This document shows positions 7,847-17,466 of a DNA stretch of 44,087 nt, one piece after another. The notes under the pieces were generated by a model, which saw only the letters and a list, made by a program, of their open reading frames with translations, was not told where the DNA came from and ran no database searches. The translations under genes were made by a program, and so were the position numbers. Numbering within the stretch: position 1 is the first letter of the stretch; each line of letters opens with the position of its first letter. The stretch is from Gemmatimonadales bacterium (GTDB lineage: Bacteria; Gemmatimonadota; Gemmatimonadetes; Gemmatimonadales; GWC2-71-9): assembly GCA_040877595.1 (NCBI GenBank), contig JBBDNM010000073.1, positions 1 to 44,087 of the forward strand. The letters run 5' to 3'.

Positions 7847-9084
7847 ACGCGGCTTCGCAGGGCTTCAAGTGTGGGGGCGATCACCGGTGCCTCGGGCACC
7901 ACACCGATGAGCGCTTCGGTGGTCTTGAGACCGGTGCCCGTGAGTACCATGACCACATCGTCCTCGCGCGTAAGCGTGCCAGCCCGTGCCAAACGCTCGG
8001 CCGCCGCCATGACGACCCCGCCCGCCGTTTCCGTGAAGACCCCCTCGTGGCTCGCGAGCGTCGTGATGCCCTCCACCAGTTCCGCATCACTCACCGCCAC
8101 ACCGCCCCCGTGCGTGGTGCGGAGTGCGTGGACCGCCCACCGTCCATCCACCGGGTCGCCGATTGCCAGGGACTTGCAGATCGTGTTCGGTGTCACGGGC
8201 GTGATGGTCTCGGTATGCGCGCCAAACGCCGCCACAATGGGCGCACACCCCTCAGCTTGCGCCCCATAGATGCGCGGGCGCGCCGACACCCAGCCAAGCG
8301 AGGCGAGCTCGCCAAATCCTTGCGCGAGCTTCGTCACCAGCGCCCCGCCCGCCATCGGCGCTACCACGGCGCTCGGCGGCGTCCACGCGCTCTCGGCCGC
8401 GATCTCGTAGGCCAGGGTCTTCGAGCCCTCGGCATAGTATGCGCGCAGGTTCACGTTCACGACGCCCCAGCCGAGCGCCGAGGCCGCCTCTCGGCACAAG
8501 GCGTTGATTTCATCGTAGGTGCCGGATACGCGAACCAGATGTTGGCCGTACACGGCCGACGCAATGGTCTTGGTGGATTCAATGGATTCCGGAACGAGGA
8601 TCCATGCGTCGAGCCCAGCCGCCGCCGCCTGGGCCGCGACGCTGTGGGCCAGGTTGCCCGTGCTGGGGCACGCTACGGTGCGCAGGCCCAGTTCCAGCGC
8701 CCGGTTGATGGCGACCGCCACCGGGCGATCCTTGAACGACCACGACGGATACGCATAGCCATCCATCTTGAGCCGGAGGCGCCGAAGGCCAAGGTGCCGC
8801 GCCAGTTGCGGGGCGTCGACCAAAGGGCCACCCCGGGTGGCAAGAGAGACCCGTGGAGAGCCGGAGAGAGGGAGAAAGGGAGACCAGGTCCAGATGGTAT
8901 CGGGGACCAAGGCATCACGATCGAGGGTCCGCCATACCGCCGCGTCATACAGGGGGTCCAGCATGCCGTCACAATCGCAGGCTATGCGTGCGGTGGCCGG
9001 AAACTCGCGGCCGCACGCGCGGCACGCCAAGCGCTCGCGGAACGCGCCCTCTCCCTTTCTCCCTTGCTCCCTTTCTCTGCTCAT
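7843..9084 (-). CDS. thrC: Threonine synthase (PLP, fold type II) with N-terminal Zn ribbon
   Basis: SFKDR (PLP Lys), STGN, EGSKT, PMAGG and TGTGLK. ATG 9084 overlaps the upstream TGA; adjacent to thrB. Confidence 0.88.
   Translation of the reverse strand: MSREREQGRKGEGAFRERLACRACGREFPATARIACDCDGMLDPLYDAAVWRTLDRDALVPDTIWTWSPFLPLSGSPRVSLATRGGPLVDAPQLARHLGLRRLRLKMDGYAYPSWSFKDRPVAVAINRALELGLRTVACPSTGNLAHSVAAQAAAAGLDAWILVPESIESTKTIASAVYGQHLVRVSGTYDEINALCREAASALGWGVVNVNLRAYYAEGSKTLAYEIAAESAWTPPSAVVAPMAGGALVTKLAQGFGELASLGWVSARPRIYGAQAEGCAPIVAAFGAHTETITPVTPNTICKSLAIGDPVDGRWAVHALRTTHGGGVAVSDAELVEGITTLASHEGVFTETAGGVVMAAAERLARAGTLTREDDVVMVLTGTGLKTTEALIGVVPEAPVIAPTLEALRSRV
8863..8885. repeat. GGGAGAAA-type octamer remnant inside thrC; 15-bp perfect inverted partner of 9050-9064
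   Basis: AGGGAGAAAGGGAGA (8869-8883) is the reverse complement of TCTCCCTTTCTCCCT (9050-9064). Confidence 0.6.
9047..9080. repeat. Octamer tandem array (CTCCCTTT/CTCCCTTG)x3 encoding the thrC N-terminal extension
   Basis: ctcccttt ctcccttg ctcccttt at 9051-9074, translated as REQGRKGEG. Confidence 0.85.
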
Positions 9085-11396
9085 AGCCTGAACAAGTAGC
9101 TCAGCTTCACGAAGAACCCATCCTGCACGCGCGTCACCTGCTGGAACGCAAACGCATCCGCCTCCGTGAGGCTCGATCCGTAGCCCGCAAACAGCACGGT
9201 GCCGGGATTGGGGCGAAACGACACAAGCCAGTCCACACGCAGATCGTTGGTGGCGGTCGCTGACATCGAGGCGTAGCCCCCGGCACCGTCCGCGATCAGC
9301 AGCGGCTGATCCGTGCGCGGGTCGCGCAGGGCATCCCGTTCCTGGGCGTTGTACTGGCCCACGAATCGCACAAACAGCGGCCGGCTGAGCTGGTACTCGA
9401 GTTTGAGACGCGGGATGTTGGCCGTCGAGAGTCGGGAGCCGTCGCGCTCGCGGTTGAGAGCTGAGTACATATAGCGCGCGTCCACCCGGATCTGATCCGT
9501 CGGACGCCACTCGACCGAGGCGTTGACGCGGCGGGACCGCACGCGGGCGCCCTCGAAGAAACCGGGCACCTCTCCGAAGCCGCCGCCGAAGGAAGCGGAG
9601 AAGCCCGCAAACCGCGGCGTGGACACGCCGGCGTCGACTCCCACCAGGTTGCTGAGCCGGTCAGGGGTGACGAAGGCGACCGTATCCGCGCCGCGATCCA
9701 CCGCGTAGTCGTCGAAGAAATCCGGATCGAACGCGATGGACTGCCAGCTCGGGGACACCGTGGCGCCCCATCCACCCCGCAGGGTCAGGAATGTCGTGTG
9801 CCCGATGCTGAGCTCGATCGGCGTGGTGCCGCCAAAGAAGTCATCCCAGGCCCAGAGCGGCTCGATGCCGAAGAATCCGGTCCAGTTCTCGACCAGTGCT
9901 CCTGGCGCTCCATAGGCGGTAAGCCGGTTGAACGCCCGGCCGTTCACCACGTCGGTCCGATTGACGAACCCGGCCTGTGCCTGGAACTCGGGGTGAATGC
10001 CGGTAACGCTGTAGTGAAATCCCCAATTCCGCCCCGTCCGGTCGAACGTCGCGGCCCAGAGTGGAGCCGTGGTCGTGGAGCCACCGTCGGTATGCGTGGC
10101 GCTCCCGGCGACCTGGGCCTCGACGTAGTACATCCGGCCGAACACGATGCGGGTATCGAGGCTGGCAACGCGGTTCCAGTTCCCGCCATCCACGCGGTCG
10201 GTGTAGGTGAAGCCGGCCGAGGAATTGCCCCCCAGGTCGCGCCGGATTCGCGCCGCACTGACGATGGGATGATCAGCCCCTGTAGCGGACGCCGTCTCGT
10301 CGTCGAGCACGGAGAGCACCGCGATGGTCGTTCCGCCGACCTTCCCGGTCAGCTTGGCGCCGCCCAGCGGATTCCGGATGCGGCGGGTGTAGATCAGGGA
10401 GTTGGGCGTCGCAAACTGCTCGATGCCCTCGAGAAAGAACGGGCGCTTCTCGGGGAAGAACACCGCGAATCGCTCGTTCACGGTCACCTGCCCGACGTCG
10501 GCTTCGATCTGGGAGAAATCGGGGTTGATGGTCGCGTCGAGCGTGAGATTGGTCGTGACTCCCCACGTGGCGTTGAGGCCGATCTCGGGCGTGGCGTCGT
10601 ACGCCCACGTGCCGGTGGCATCCCGCGCACCCAACGCCCGGCCCGTCGCGAACGGGTTCAGGTCAAGCACCAGGCCGCGGCGGAGGTCGGTGAGTCCTTC
10701 CAGCGTGCCTGACTGCGTGAGAAACGAGGCGTTCGCGCGGACGGCCGGCGTCCACGTGTCTTCGTAGCCTGAGTGCTGGATCTTGCGAATGACGTTGATG
10801 GCCCATGTCTGGGGATCGGCGGTCTGGTACCGGATGCTCTTGAACGGGATCCGGATCTCGACCTCGTAGCCCCACGCTGTGACCCGTCCACGCGACTCGT
10901 ACTGGAAGTCGGGGTTCAGGTCCACGTTCTCGAACCGTCCGCCCGCGCCCGGCCCGCTCGCCGCACCCGGGCTCGCCTCAACGCGGATCCCGTCGGCCTG
11001 CACCCCGAGCGGATTGACCCCGATCACGAGCGCGCGTCGGCGATCGTTGAACGTGTCGAGCAGGATCTGGACGTAGTCGTCCCCGTCAATGTTGTCCCGA
11101 TCGGCCAGGGTGGCCCGCACTGTGCCATGTGGCTCCCAGGCGCGCACGCCAAACCAGATGGCGTCCGGCGCGTACCAGACCAGCACCGCGGTGGAGTCCA
11201 CCGCCGGGCGGCTGTCCACGGGCCGATACTGTGAGAACCCGGTGAGCAGGGCGGCCTGTCGCCATACGGGCTCATCCAGGATGCCGTCCACGCGCGCCGA
11301 GGCTGCGAGACGCGGGGGCTGGACGGACAGGGAACCGTCGCGGCCGTGGTGGATGGCCGGCGAGGTCTGGAGGGCGAGCAGAGTGGCGAGAAGCAT
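9081..11396 (-). CDS. DUF5916-family outer-membrane beta-barrel protein with N-terminal CBM9/DOMON-like domain
   Basis: VDGILDEPVW, EIRIPFKSIRY, TINPDFSQIEAD, FFPEKRPFF and C-terminal FFVKLSYLFRL. Confidence 0.85.
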   Translation of the reverse strand: MLLATLLALQTSPAIHHGRDGSLSVQPPRLAASARVDGILDEPVWRQAALLTGFSQYRPVDSRPAVDSTAVLVWYAPDAIWFGVRAWEPHGTVRATLADRDNIDGDDYVQILLDTFNDRRRALVIGVNPLGVQADGIRVEASPGAASGPGAGGRFENVDLNPDFQYESRGRVTAWGYEVEIRIPFKSIRYQTADPQTWAINVIRKIQHSGYEDTWTPAVRANASFLTQSGTLEGLTDLRRGLVLDLNPFATGRALGARDATGTWAYDATPEIGLNATWGVTTNLTLDATINPDFSQIEADVGQVTVNERFAVFFPEKRPFFLEGIEQFATPNSLIYTRRIRNPLGGAKLTGKVGGTTIAVLSVLDDETASATGADHPIVSAARIRRDLGGNSSAGFTYTDRVDGGNWNRVASLDTRIVFGRMYYVEAQVAGSATHTDGGSTTTAPLWAATFDRTGRNWGFHYSVTGIHPEFQAQAGFVNRTDVVNGRAFNRLTAYGAPGALVENWTGFFGIEPLWAWDDFFGGTTPIELSIGHTTFLTLRGGWGATVSPSWQSIAFDPDFFDDYAVDRGADTVAFVTPDRLSNLVGVDAGVSTPRFAGFSASFGGGFGEVPGFFEGARVRSRRVNASVEWRPTDQIRVDARYMYSALNRERDGSRLSTANIPRLKLEYQLSRPLFVRFVGQYNAQERDALRDPRTDQPLLIADGAGGYASMSATATNDLRVDWLVSFRPNPGTVLFAGYGSSLTEADAFAFQQVTRVQDGFFVKLSYLFRL

Positions 11397-11408
11397 GGCG
11401 GAAGATAG

Positions 11409-11483
11409 AAGGGAGAAAGGGAGAAAGGGAGAAAGGGAGCCTCCGCCGTCGCCCTTTCTCCGCTACTCCCTTTCTCCGCTACT
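11409..11483. repeat. Inverted octamer arrays (AAGGGAGA)x4 and (CCCTTTCT CCGCTACT)x2 forming an intergenic hairpin
   Basis: Read directly at 11409-11440 and 11452-11483; the second arm overlaps the permease stop codon. Confidence 0.9.
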
Positions 11484-12696
11484 CGTATCGCAACGCCTGA
11501 ATCGGATCCAGCCGCGCCGCCCGCTGTGCCGGCCACATGCCGAAGAAGATGCCGACAACCCCGCTGAAGGCGACGGCGATGCCGATCGCCATGGGCGGGA
11601 CCTGCGTGTTCCAGTTGGCGAGTTCTGACAAGGCGACCGCGCCGCCGATGCCGACCGCCACGCCTACGATGCCGCCGAGCAGGCAAAGCACCATGGCTTC
11701 GATGAGGAACTGGGTCAGGATGTTCGCCTTGGTGGCGCCCAAAGCCTTCCGCACGCCGATCTCGCGCGTGCGCTCGGTGACGGACACCAGCATGATGTTC
11801 ATGATGCCGATCCCGCCCACGAGCAGGGACACGGCGGCAATGCCGGCGAGCAGGAAGGTGAACGTCCGTGTGCTCTCCTCGCGTGTGGCGAGGAAGTCAC
11901 CGCGGTTGCGGATCTGGAAATCGTTGTCGTTACCCGGCCGGATACCGTGCTCCCGGCGCATGATGCGCTCAATGCTCAACATGCCGACGTTCATCGAGTC
12001 CGTTGACCCCACCTGCACGGTGATGGACCGCACACGGTCGTGGCCAAACACGCGAAACCGTCCGGTCTGGATCGGGATGAAGATCTGCTCGTCCGCGTTG
12101 CTGAAGCTGTTGGCGGAACCCTTTTCGATCAGGACCCCCACCACTTCGAACGGGATGCCACCGATCTGGATCGTCTGGCCAATCAGGCCGACGGGGTTGG
12201 CATCGAGCAGTTTCGGTACCGCGCCCGCGAGCACCGCCACCCGGCGACGGTTCTCGTCGTCGCCGCGCGTGAAATACCGCCCGGCGATCAATTCATACTT
12301 GTTCACCGGGAAGAAGTTGGGCGTGGTGGAGTTCACGCTGACATTGATGTTGCGATTGCCGTACTTGATCTGGCGGTTGCCGGCGAGCTCCGGCACCACT
12401 TCCGCCAGGAGCGGACCACCGTCGCGGCTCAAGGCGGTCGCATCATCTACGGTGAGCGCCACCCGTTGTTCACTGGCTACGCCGCGCTGAAACGACTGGC
12501 CCGGGTGGACCGAGAGCAGGTTGGTGCCCAGCGCGTCAATCTGCGCCTGAATAGCCTGCTGGGCCCCGTTGCCTAGGGCGACCATGGTGATCACAGCGGC
12601 GACGCCGATCACGATGCCCAGCATGGTCAGCAGGGACCGCAACTTGTTGGCGCGGACCGCGGACAGGGCCACGCCGATGGTTTCGCCGATCAGCAT
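11479..12696 (-). CDS. MacB/FtsX-family ABC transporter permease
   Basis: RSLLTMLGIVIGVAAV, GGIGIMNIMLVSVTERTREIG and PAQRAARLDPIQALRYE. Confidence 0.95.
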   Translation of the reverse strand: MLIGETIGVALSAVRANKLRSLLTMLGIVIGVAAVITMVALGNGAQQAIQAQIDALGTNLLSVHPGQSFQRGVASEQRVALTVDDATALSRDGGPLLAEVVPELAGNRQIKYGNRNINVSVNSTTPNFFPVNKYELIAGRYFTRGDDENRRRVAVLAGAVPKLLDANPVGLIGQTIQIGGIPFEVVGVLIEKGSANSFSNADEQIFIPIQTGRFRVFGHDRVRSITVQVGSTDSMNVGMLSIERIMRREHGIRPGNDNDFQIRNRGDFLATREESTRTFTFLLAGIAAVSLLVGGIGIMNIMLVSVTERTREIGVRKALGATKANILTQFLIEAMVLCLLGGIVGVAVGIGGAVALSELANWNTQVPPMAIGIAVAFSGVVGIFFGMWPAQRAARLDPIQALRYE

Positions 12697-12698
12697 GG

Positions 12699-14171
12699 TC
12701 AGTTCCTCTGCACGCCGGGCAGGCCCTGCCCGGTCATCCGCTGAAGCCGCTCAGCGAACTCCGCCTGTGACTGGATGAGTGAAGCACTCGGCAGCAAGAG
12801 TACCGTGTCGGTCGCCAGGAGACCCGAACGCACCTCCGAGTAGTCGAGGTCGGTCAGGCCGGTGCGCACTTCCACCGGCGTGGGTTGTCCGTTGCGCAGT
12901 ACGAACACGATATACTGGCCCCCGAACATCGCGTCATTGTTGTTGCCCTGGGGGCGGGCGCCACGGGCATTGGGACCGCCGGCGGCGCTCATTACCCGCT
13001 GCATGATGGACCGCTCGTTCGCCGACAGGGTTTGAAAGCCGCCGTTCGAGACCCGGGTCATGATGGCATTCATCTGGGTCGCCGTGACGCCGTTCGGCAA
13101 CCGGACCACGCGGCCGTCGCGCGGGTTGCGCCACATGCCGGCCGGCACGACGGTATCAGTAGTGGTGACACCACCGAGCGATGCCCGCCCGCTGTCGCCC
13201 TGTGCCGCCTGTCGCGCGGCGGCGAGTTGGCGTGTTACGGCGTCGGGATCGAGGCCTACGACCAATGCGGCCGAGCCGACGTCCCGCTGGGTGCGGAGCG
13301 CGGCATTCGGCACAGCCAGCACGCCTGCGCGGTTGCCGATATGCACTTCGACCTCGGCGTTCATGCCCGGCTTGAGCAGGGACTCGGTGTTGAGAATGCG
13401 CACCAGCACCGGGAACATCGTCACGTTCTGCTGGGTCACGGCCTGCGGCTCAATCTTGAGTACCTCGCCGCGGAACGGCCGGTTGGGATACGCATCCACG
13501 CGGATGGTGACTGGCATGCCCGGCTGGATCTTGCCGATATCGGTCTCGTCCACCAACGACCGGATCTGGACCGTATCCAGGTTGGCCATGCGGAGCAAGG
13601 TGGTGCCGCCGCTCACGTTGCTGGTGGCCGAGGAAATCACCGAGCCGACCTCGACGGTCCGCCCGATGATGATACCGTTGATCGGCGCCCGCACTTCGGT
13701 GTCCTCAAACGCAATCCGCGCGTCTTCGAGGCTGCGCTGCGCCCGGACCAGCTGGGCGTTGGCATTGGCCGTCTGCAGCCGTGCGTTCTCGTATTCCTGC
13801 TCGGTGATGGACTGCGTCTGATGCAGCCCTTCCGCGCGTCGGAGTTGCGATTGCGCGTTGGTCAGCTGGGCGCGCGCCACTTCCAGGTCGGCTTCAGCCT
13901 GCGTGAGCGCGTTCTGCGGTACGCGACGATCCACGCGCACCAGGCGCTGCCCCGCGCGGACGGCATCACCGATCTCCACGGTGACCTCGGTGATCTCGCC
14001 CGAGGCCTTGGACTTGACCTCGACCGTGGTAATGGGCTCAATGGAGCCGGCGGCATTGGCCGACACCACGATGTCGCGGATCGAAACGGGGACCGCCTGG
14101 TACAATGGCGGCAACTCCTTTTCGCCGCAGGCTGCCAGGACAATGAGCAACAGCAATGTCACATGCTTCAT
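12699..14171 (-). CDS. Periplasmic adaptor (MacA/HlyD family) lipoprotein
   Basis: Lipobox LAAC, lipoyl half-motifs (G..V.AGQ.L; APINGII), coiled-coil hairpin, VDETDIG and LLKPGM. Confidence 0.93.
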   Translation of the reverse strand: MKHVTLLLLIVLAACGEKELPPLYQAVPVSIRDIVVSANAAGSIEPITTVEVKSKASGEITEVTVEIGDAVRAGQRLVRVDRRVPQNALTQAEADLEVARAQLTNAQSQLRRAEGLHQTQSITEQEYENARLQTANANAQLVRAQRSLEDARIAFEDTEVRAPINGIIIGRTVEVGSVISSATSNVSGGTTLLRMANLDTVQIRSLVDETDIGKIQPGMPVTIRVDAYPNRPFRGEVLKIEPQAVTQQNVTMFPVLVRILNTESLLKPGMNAEVEVHIGNRAGVLAVPNAALRTQRDVGSAALVVGLDPDAVTRQLAAARQAAQGDSGRASLGGVTTTDTVVPAGMWRNPRDGRVVRLPNGVTATQMNAIMTRVSNGGFQTLSANERSIMQRVMSAAGGPNARGARPQGNNNDAMFGGQYIVFVLRNGQPTPVEVRTGLTDLDYSEVRSGLLATDTVLLLPSASLIQSQAEFAERLQRMTGQGLPGVQRN

Positions 14172-14902
14172 GCGATACCTGCAGTCACAGTGTCACTCGC
14201 GACGCGTCCGTCCTTCAGCATGATCTGCCGGCGGGCGTACGCCGCGATGTCGTGTTCATGGGTGATCAGGACCACCGTTTGGCCCTGAGTGTGCAACTCC
14301 TCGAAGACCTTCAAGATCTCCTCGGAGGTCTGGCTATCCAGATTGCCGGTCGGCTCGTCCGCCAACAGGATGCTCGGGTTGTTCACCAGGGCGCGGGCGA
14401 TGGCCACACGCTGGCGCTGGCCGCCGGACAGCTCGTTGGGGCGGTGATCCATGCGGTCAGCGAGCCCGACGCGATCCAGGGCCGCCGCGGCATTCTCGCG
14501 ACGCACCTTCGCCGCCTGGCCGGCATAGATCAGGGGGAGTTCGACATTATGCAGCGCATTGGCGCGCGGCAGCAGGTTGAACGTCTGGAACACGAATCCG
14601 ATTTCCTTGTTGCGGATCCGGGCCAGCTCGTCGTCGTTCAACTCGCTCACCTTCTGGCCGTTCAGCCAGTACTCGCCGGACGACGGCGTGTCGAGGCAAC
14701 CGATCAAGTTCATCAGCGTGGACTTGCCCGAGCCCGACGGGCCCATGATGGCCACGAACTCGTTGCGCCGGATCTGGAGATCCACACCCTGCAACGCATG
14801 CACGGTTTCCGCACCGAGTTGATACTCACGCGTCAGCTTGTGCGTGAGGATGATGATGTCGGGAAGCGGCGTTTCGCCCGTCTTGAATTCCTGCCAGCTC
14901 AC
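14168..14902 (-). CDS. ABC transporter ATP-binding protein (MacB/LolD type)
   Basis: [29 protein letters not shown] and ITH. Confidence 0.96.
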   Translation of the reverse strand: MSWQEFKTGETPLPDIIILTHKLTREYQLGAETVHALQGVDLQIRRNEFVAIMGPSGSGKSTLMNLIGCLDTPSSGEYWLNGQKVSELNDDELARIRNKEIGFVFQTFNLLPRANALHNVELPLIYAGQAAKVRRENAAAALDRVGLADRMDHRPNELSGGQRQRVAIARALVNNPSILLADEPTGNLDSQTSEEILKVFEELHTQGQTVVLITHEHDIAAYARRQIMLKDGRVASDTVTAGIA

Positions 14903-16173
14903 AGGGCCCTCCCAAGCAGCGCTTCGAGCTGCGCTTTGGCCACCAGGAAATCGAGTCGCGCTTGAACCAGCGCGACCTCGGCCTCGTCCAGGGCGAGCTG
15001 TGAAGCCAGCACTTCGACGATGGTTGCCGCGCCGAGCCGATAGCGCTCGTTCTGGACGCGCAGGTCTTCCTGACCCGCGGCCGTGCTGGCGACACCGATG
15101 TCAATCCGGGCACGCGCGGCTTCGAGCAAATTCACGAACTGGGTAAGCTGTGCCGCGGCCTGCCGCCGGGTGTCGGCGACGCGGGCTTCGGCGGCATCAC
15201 GGCTCGCGTGAACGCGCGCCACGCCCGCTTCCCGCGTGAAGCCGTTGAAGAGACTCCACGACAGCGAAAGGCGCGCGTTCCAGCTTGGGTTGAGCGAACC
15301 GAAGTCCGAACCCGCGAACGACCGGGAATAGGATGCGCTCAAGCTCGGCATGTACTGGGCACGCGTCACGGCCACCTGGGCCTGCGCGGCCTCACGGGCC
15401 GCTTCCGCCGCCAGTACGGTTGGTGCGGCGCCGAGCAGTTCGGTCTCAAGCGCGCCACGATCGAACGGCTCCAGGGCGTAGAGCGATTCGTCAGGTACAG
15501 GCGTCACCGGTCCGTCCACGCCAATCAGTCGGGACAGGGAGGCGATCGCGTTGGCGCGCTGTGTCTGCGCGTTGAGCAGTTGGAGCCGCGCGTTGCCAAG
15601 CTCCACCGTGCTGCGCAGGGTGTCGGAGCGGGTGGCACTGCCGGCGGCCAGCTTGTCGCGCGCCACCTTCAACTGCTCGTCGGCGCGCCGGATGCGGGTT
15701 TCCGAGACGCGCACGAGCTCTTCCCCGGCGAGCGCGTTGAAGAACGCCTGCTTGGTCTGGAGCGTCACCTGGAATTCCTGGGTGACCAGGGCCGCGTCGG
15801 CGCTGGCTTGACCGGCGTTGGCGGCGCGCGTCTGGGCAAACCGCCGGAACCCGTCGAACAGTTCAAGGCCGGCTGACAGGCCTGCCGAGGCCGACGTGGA
15901 GCTTCCGGACACGGTCAGCTGTGTCGCGGGATCAAAGCGTTCCGACGAACTCGTGCTCATGCTCGAGCTCACGCTGAGCGACGGCAGCCAGTTGCCCACC
16001 GCTTCCCGACGGCCAGCCGCGGCCACGGACACATCGCCCCGCGCCTGGATCACGGCGGGCTGGTTGCGTAGCGCGAGGCGAATCGCCTCGTCGAGCGTCA
16101 CCGTTGGCGCCTGATCCTGGGCCACGAGGGCCATGGGCAGGGCGCAAAAGGCCAGCAGCCTAGCGGTTGCCAT
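14899..16173 (-). CDS. TolC-family outer-membrane efflux protein
   Basis: Signal peptide, [10 protein letters not shown], duplicated helical repeats with LFDG/LFNG and ERYRLG. Confidence 0.92.
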   Translation of the reverse strand: MATARLLAFCALPMALVAQDQAPTVTLDEAIRLALRNQPAVIQARGDVSVAAAGRREAVGNWLPSLSVSSSMSTSSSERFDPATQLTVSGSSTSASAGLSAGLELFDGFRRFAQTRAANAGQASADAALVTQEFQVTLQTKQAFFNALAGEELVRVSETRIRRADEQLKVARDKLAAGSATRSDTLRSTVELGNARLQLLNAQTQRANAIASLSRLIGVDGPVTPVPDESLYALEPFDRGALETELLGAAPTVLAAEAAREAAQAQVAVTRAQYMPSLSASYSRSFAGSDFGSLNPSWNARLSLSWSLFNGFTREAGVARVHASRDAAEARVADTRRQAAAQLTQFVNLLEAARARIDIGVASTAAGQEDLRVQNERYRLGAATIVEVLASQLALDEAEVALVQARLDFLVAKAQLEALLGRAL

Positions 16174-16540
16174 TGTTCCCCTCCCGCGCCGCGCGCAGTG
16201 AATCGGAGCGGCGAGCCAGCGAGTCGTACACGGCCAGTTGGTCCAGTGTGAGCACCGTACGGATCTGGCGGCGAATGTCCGCCCGAATGGCGTCGAGCTG
16301 CGGCCGGACCTCGCTCCACACCCCCTGCATGGCCGTATCGGAATTGGCCAGGATGCCCGCGATCGAGTCGCGCTGCGCTTCCGAAAGCGTCAGTTCCCGC
16401 GCAAGCCGTTCCACATAGCTCGGCCGCGGTCCGCGGCGCTTGTCGTCGCCGGCTGCGTGGGCGCCAACACCCACCGCGATGCCCGCCGCAAAGGCCGCGA
16501 ACAGCAGGCCGAAGGCCCAAAGTTTCGATCGATTCAACAT
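16160..16540 (-). CDS. Spy/CpxP/ZraP-like periplasmic sensor protein
   Basis: N-terminal TM followed by two LTxxQ-type motifs (ELTLSEAQ, VLTLDQ). Confidence 0.75.
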   Translation of the reverse strand: MLNRSKLWAFGLLFAAFAAGIAVGVGAHAAGDDKRRGPRPSYVERLARELTLSEAQRDSIAGILANSDTAMQGVWSEVRPQLDAIRADIRRQIRTVLTLDQLAVYDSLARRSDSLRAAREGNNGNR

Positions 16541-16552
16541 GTCTCGTGTCCT

Positions 16553-16882
16553 CTAGTTTTGCGGACGCGCCACGGCAAGCATCACATCCACCGTGGGCGG
16601 CCGGTCAGCGGCCAGCAAGGCGCCACCGGAACCCGGGGCGGCGGCCGCAATCGTTTCGTCAAACATCCCATTGCTCGATGATGCCGCGGCGCCGAGCCAG
16701 AGCCCGGCCAACGCGATCAACGTGATCGCGGCGGCAAGCCCCGGACGCGCCCAGATGTTCAGCACCTCCCACCACGTGGGCGAGGCGGTCATCTCGGCGC
16801 GGATGCGCGCGATGAACGCGCCGTCCGGTCCGGCCTGCAGGGCGGCCCGCAGGGCCTGACCCAGTTCACGATCCTGCAGCAT
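16553..16882 (-). CDS. Putative single-TM anti-sigma factor
   Basis: Directly follows and overlaps the ECF sigma gene; GGAGG upstream of ATG 16882; one TM. Confidence 0.7.
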   Translation of the reverse strand: MLQDRELGQALRAALQAGPDGAFIARIRAEMTASPTWWEVLNIWARPGLAAAITLIALAGLWLGAAASSSNGMFDETIAAAAPGSGGALLAADRPPTVDVMLAVARPQN

Positions 16883-17435
16883 CGGTACCTCCTTCGTCGT
16901 GCCAGTCTGCCAACAGGCGCCGGAGCGCCCGCCGGGCGTGGAAAACATCTGACCGCACCGTGCCCTCGGGGATCTTGAGGGCCCTGCCGATTTCCGCGGC
17001 GCTGTATCCTTCGACATCAAACAGCACCACGGCGGTCCGCTGTCGCTCCGGCAGCTCAGCCAAGGCCGCTCGCAGCGCGTCACCCAAGGCCAGGCGCTCG
17101 GTCTCCTTGGCCGGACTCGGATCGCTGGACGACAGCGTCGGGCCCAGGACCTCCGCCCGGCGCACCCGCCGCCGGCGGAGCCGGTCCGTCGCCGCATTGG
17201 CCACGATCCTGAGCAACCACGGACCGAACGGCCGGGCGGGATCAAAGCGGCTGATGTTACGCCAAGCCGACAGAAAACCGTCCTGTGCGGCATCATCCGC
17301 CTCATCATCATCCAGCAGCACTGCTCTGGCGGCTCGCCGGGCAGCCCCGGCATACCGGCTGACCAGTTCCCCAAACGCGTCCCGATGTCCTGCCTGGGAT
17401 CGCGTGGCAAGGACCGCGTCCTCCACGTGCTTCAT
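16866..17435 (-). CDS. ECF RNA polymerase sigma factor
   Basis: AFGELV, DAAQD, FGPWLLRIVAN (region 2); LPERQR, EGYSAAEI and GTVRS (region 4). ATG at 17435. Confidence 0.93.
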   Translation of the reverse strand: MKHVEDAVLATRSQAGHRDAFGELVSRYAGAARRAARAVLLDDDEADDAAQDGFLSAWRNISRFDPARPFGPWLLRIVANAATDRLRRRRVRRAEVLGPTLSSSDPSPAKETERLALGDALRAALAELPERQRTAVVLFDVEGYSAAEIGRALKIPEGTVRSDVFHARRALRRLLADWHDEGGTDAAGS

Positions 17436-17466
17436 ATACGCGGCCCGGGAGAGGCCCGTTGAGGGG

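Noticed and set aside
9085-9510. N-terminal extension of thrC in the ORF track (also extended starts at 2024, 3051, 5529, 17410, 17606, 28522 and 41209)
   Set aside because: These overlap upstream genes; downstream starts with ATGA/GTGA coupling or family-typical N-termini fit better.
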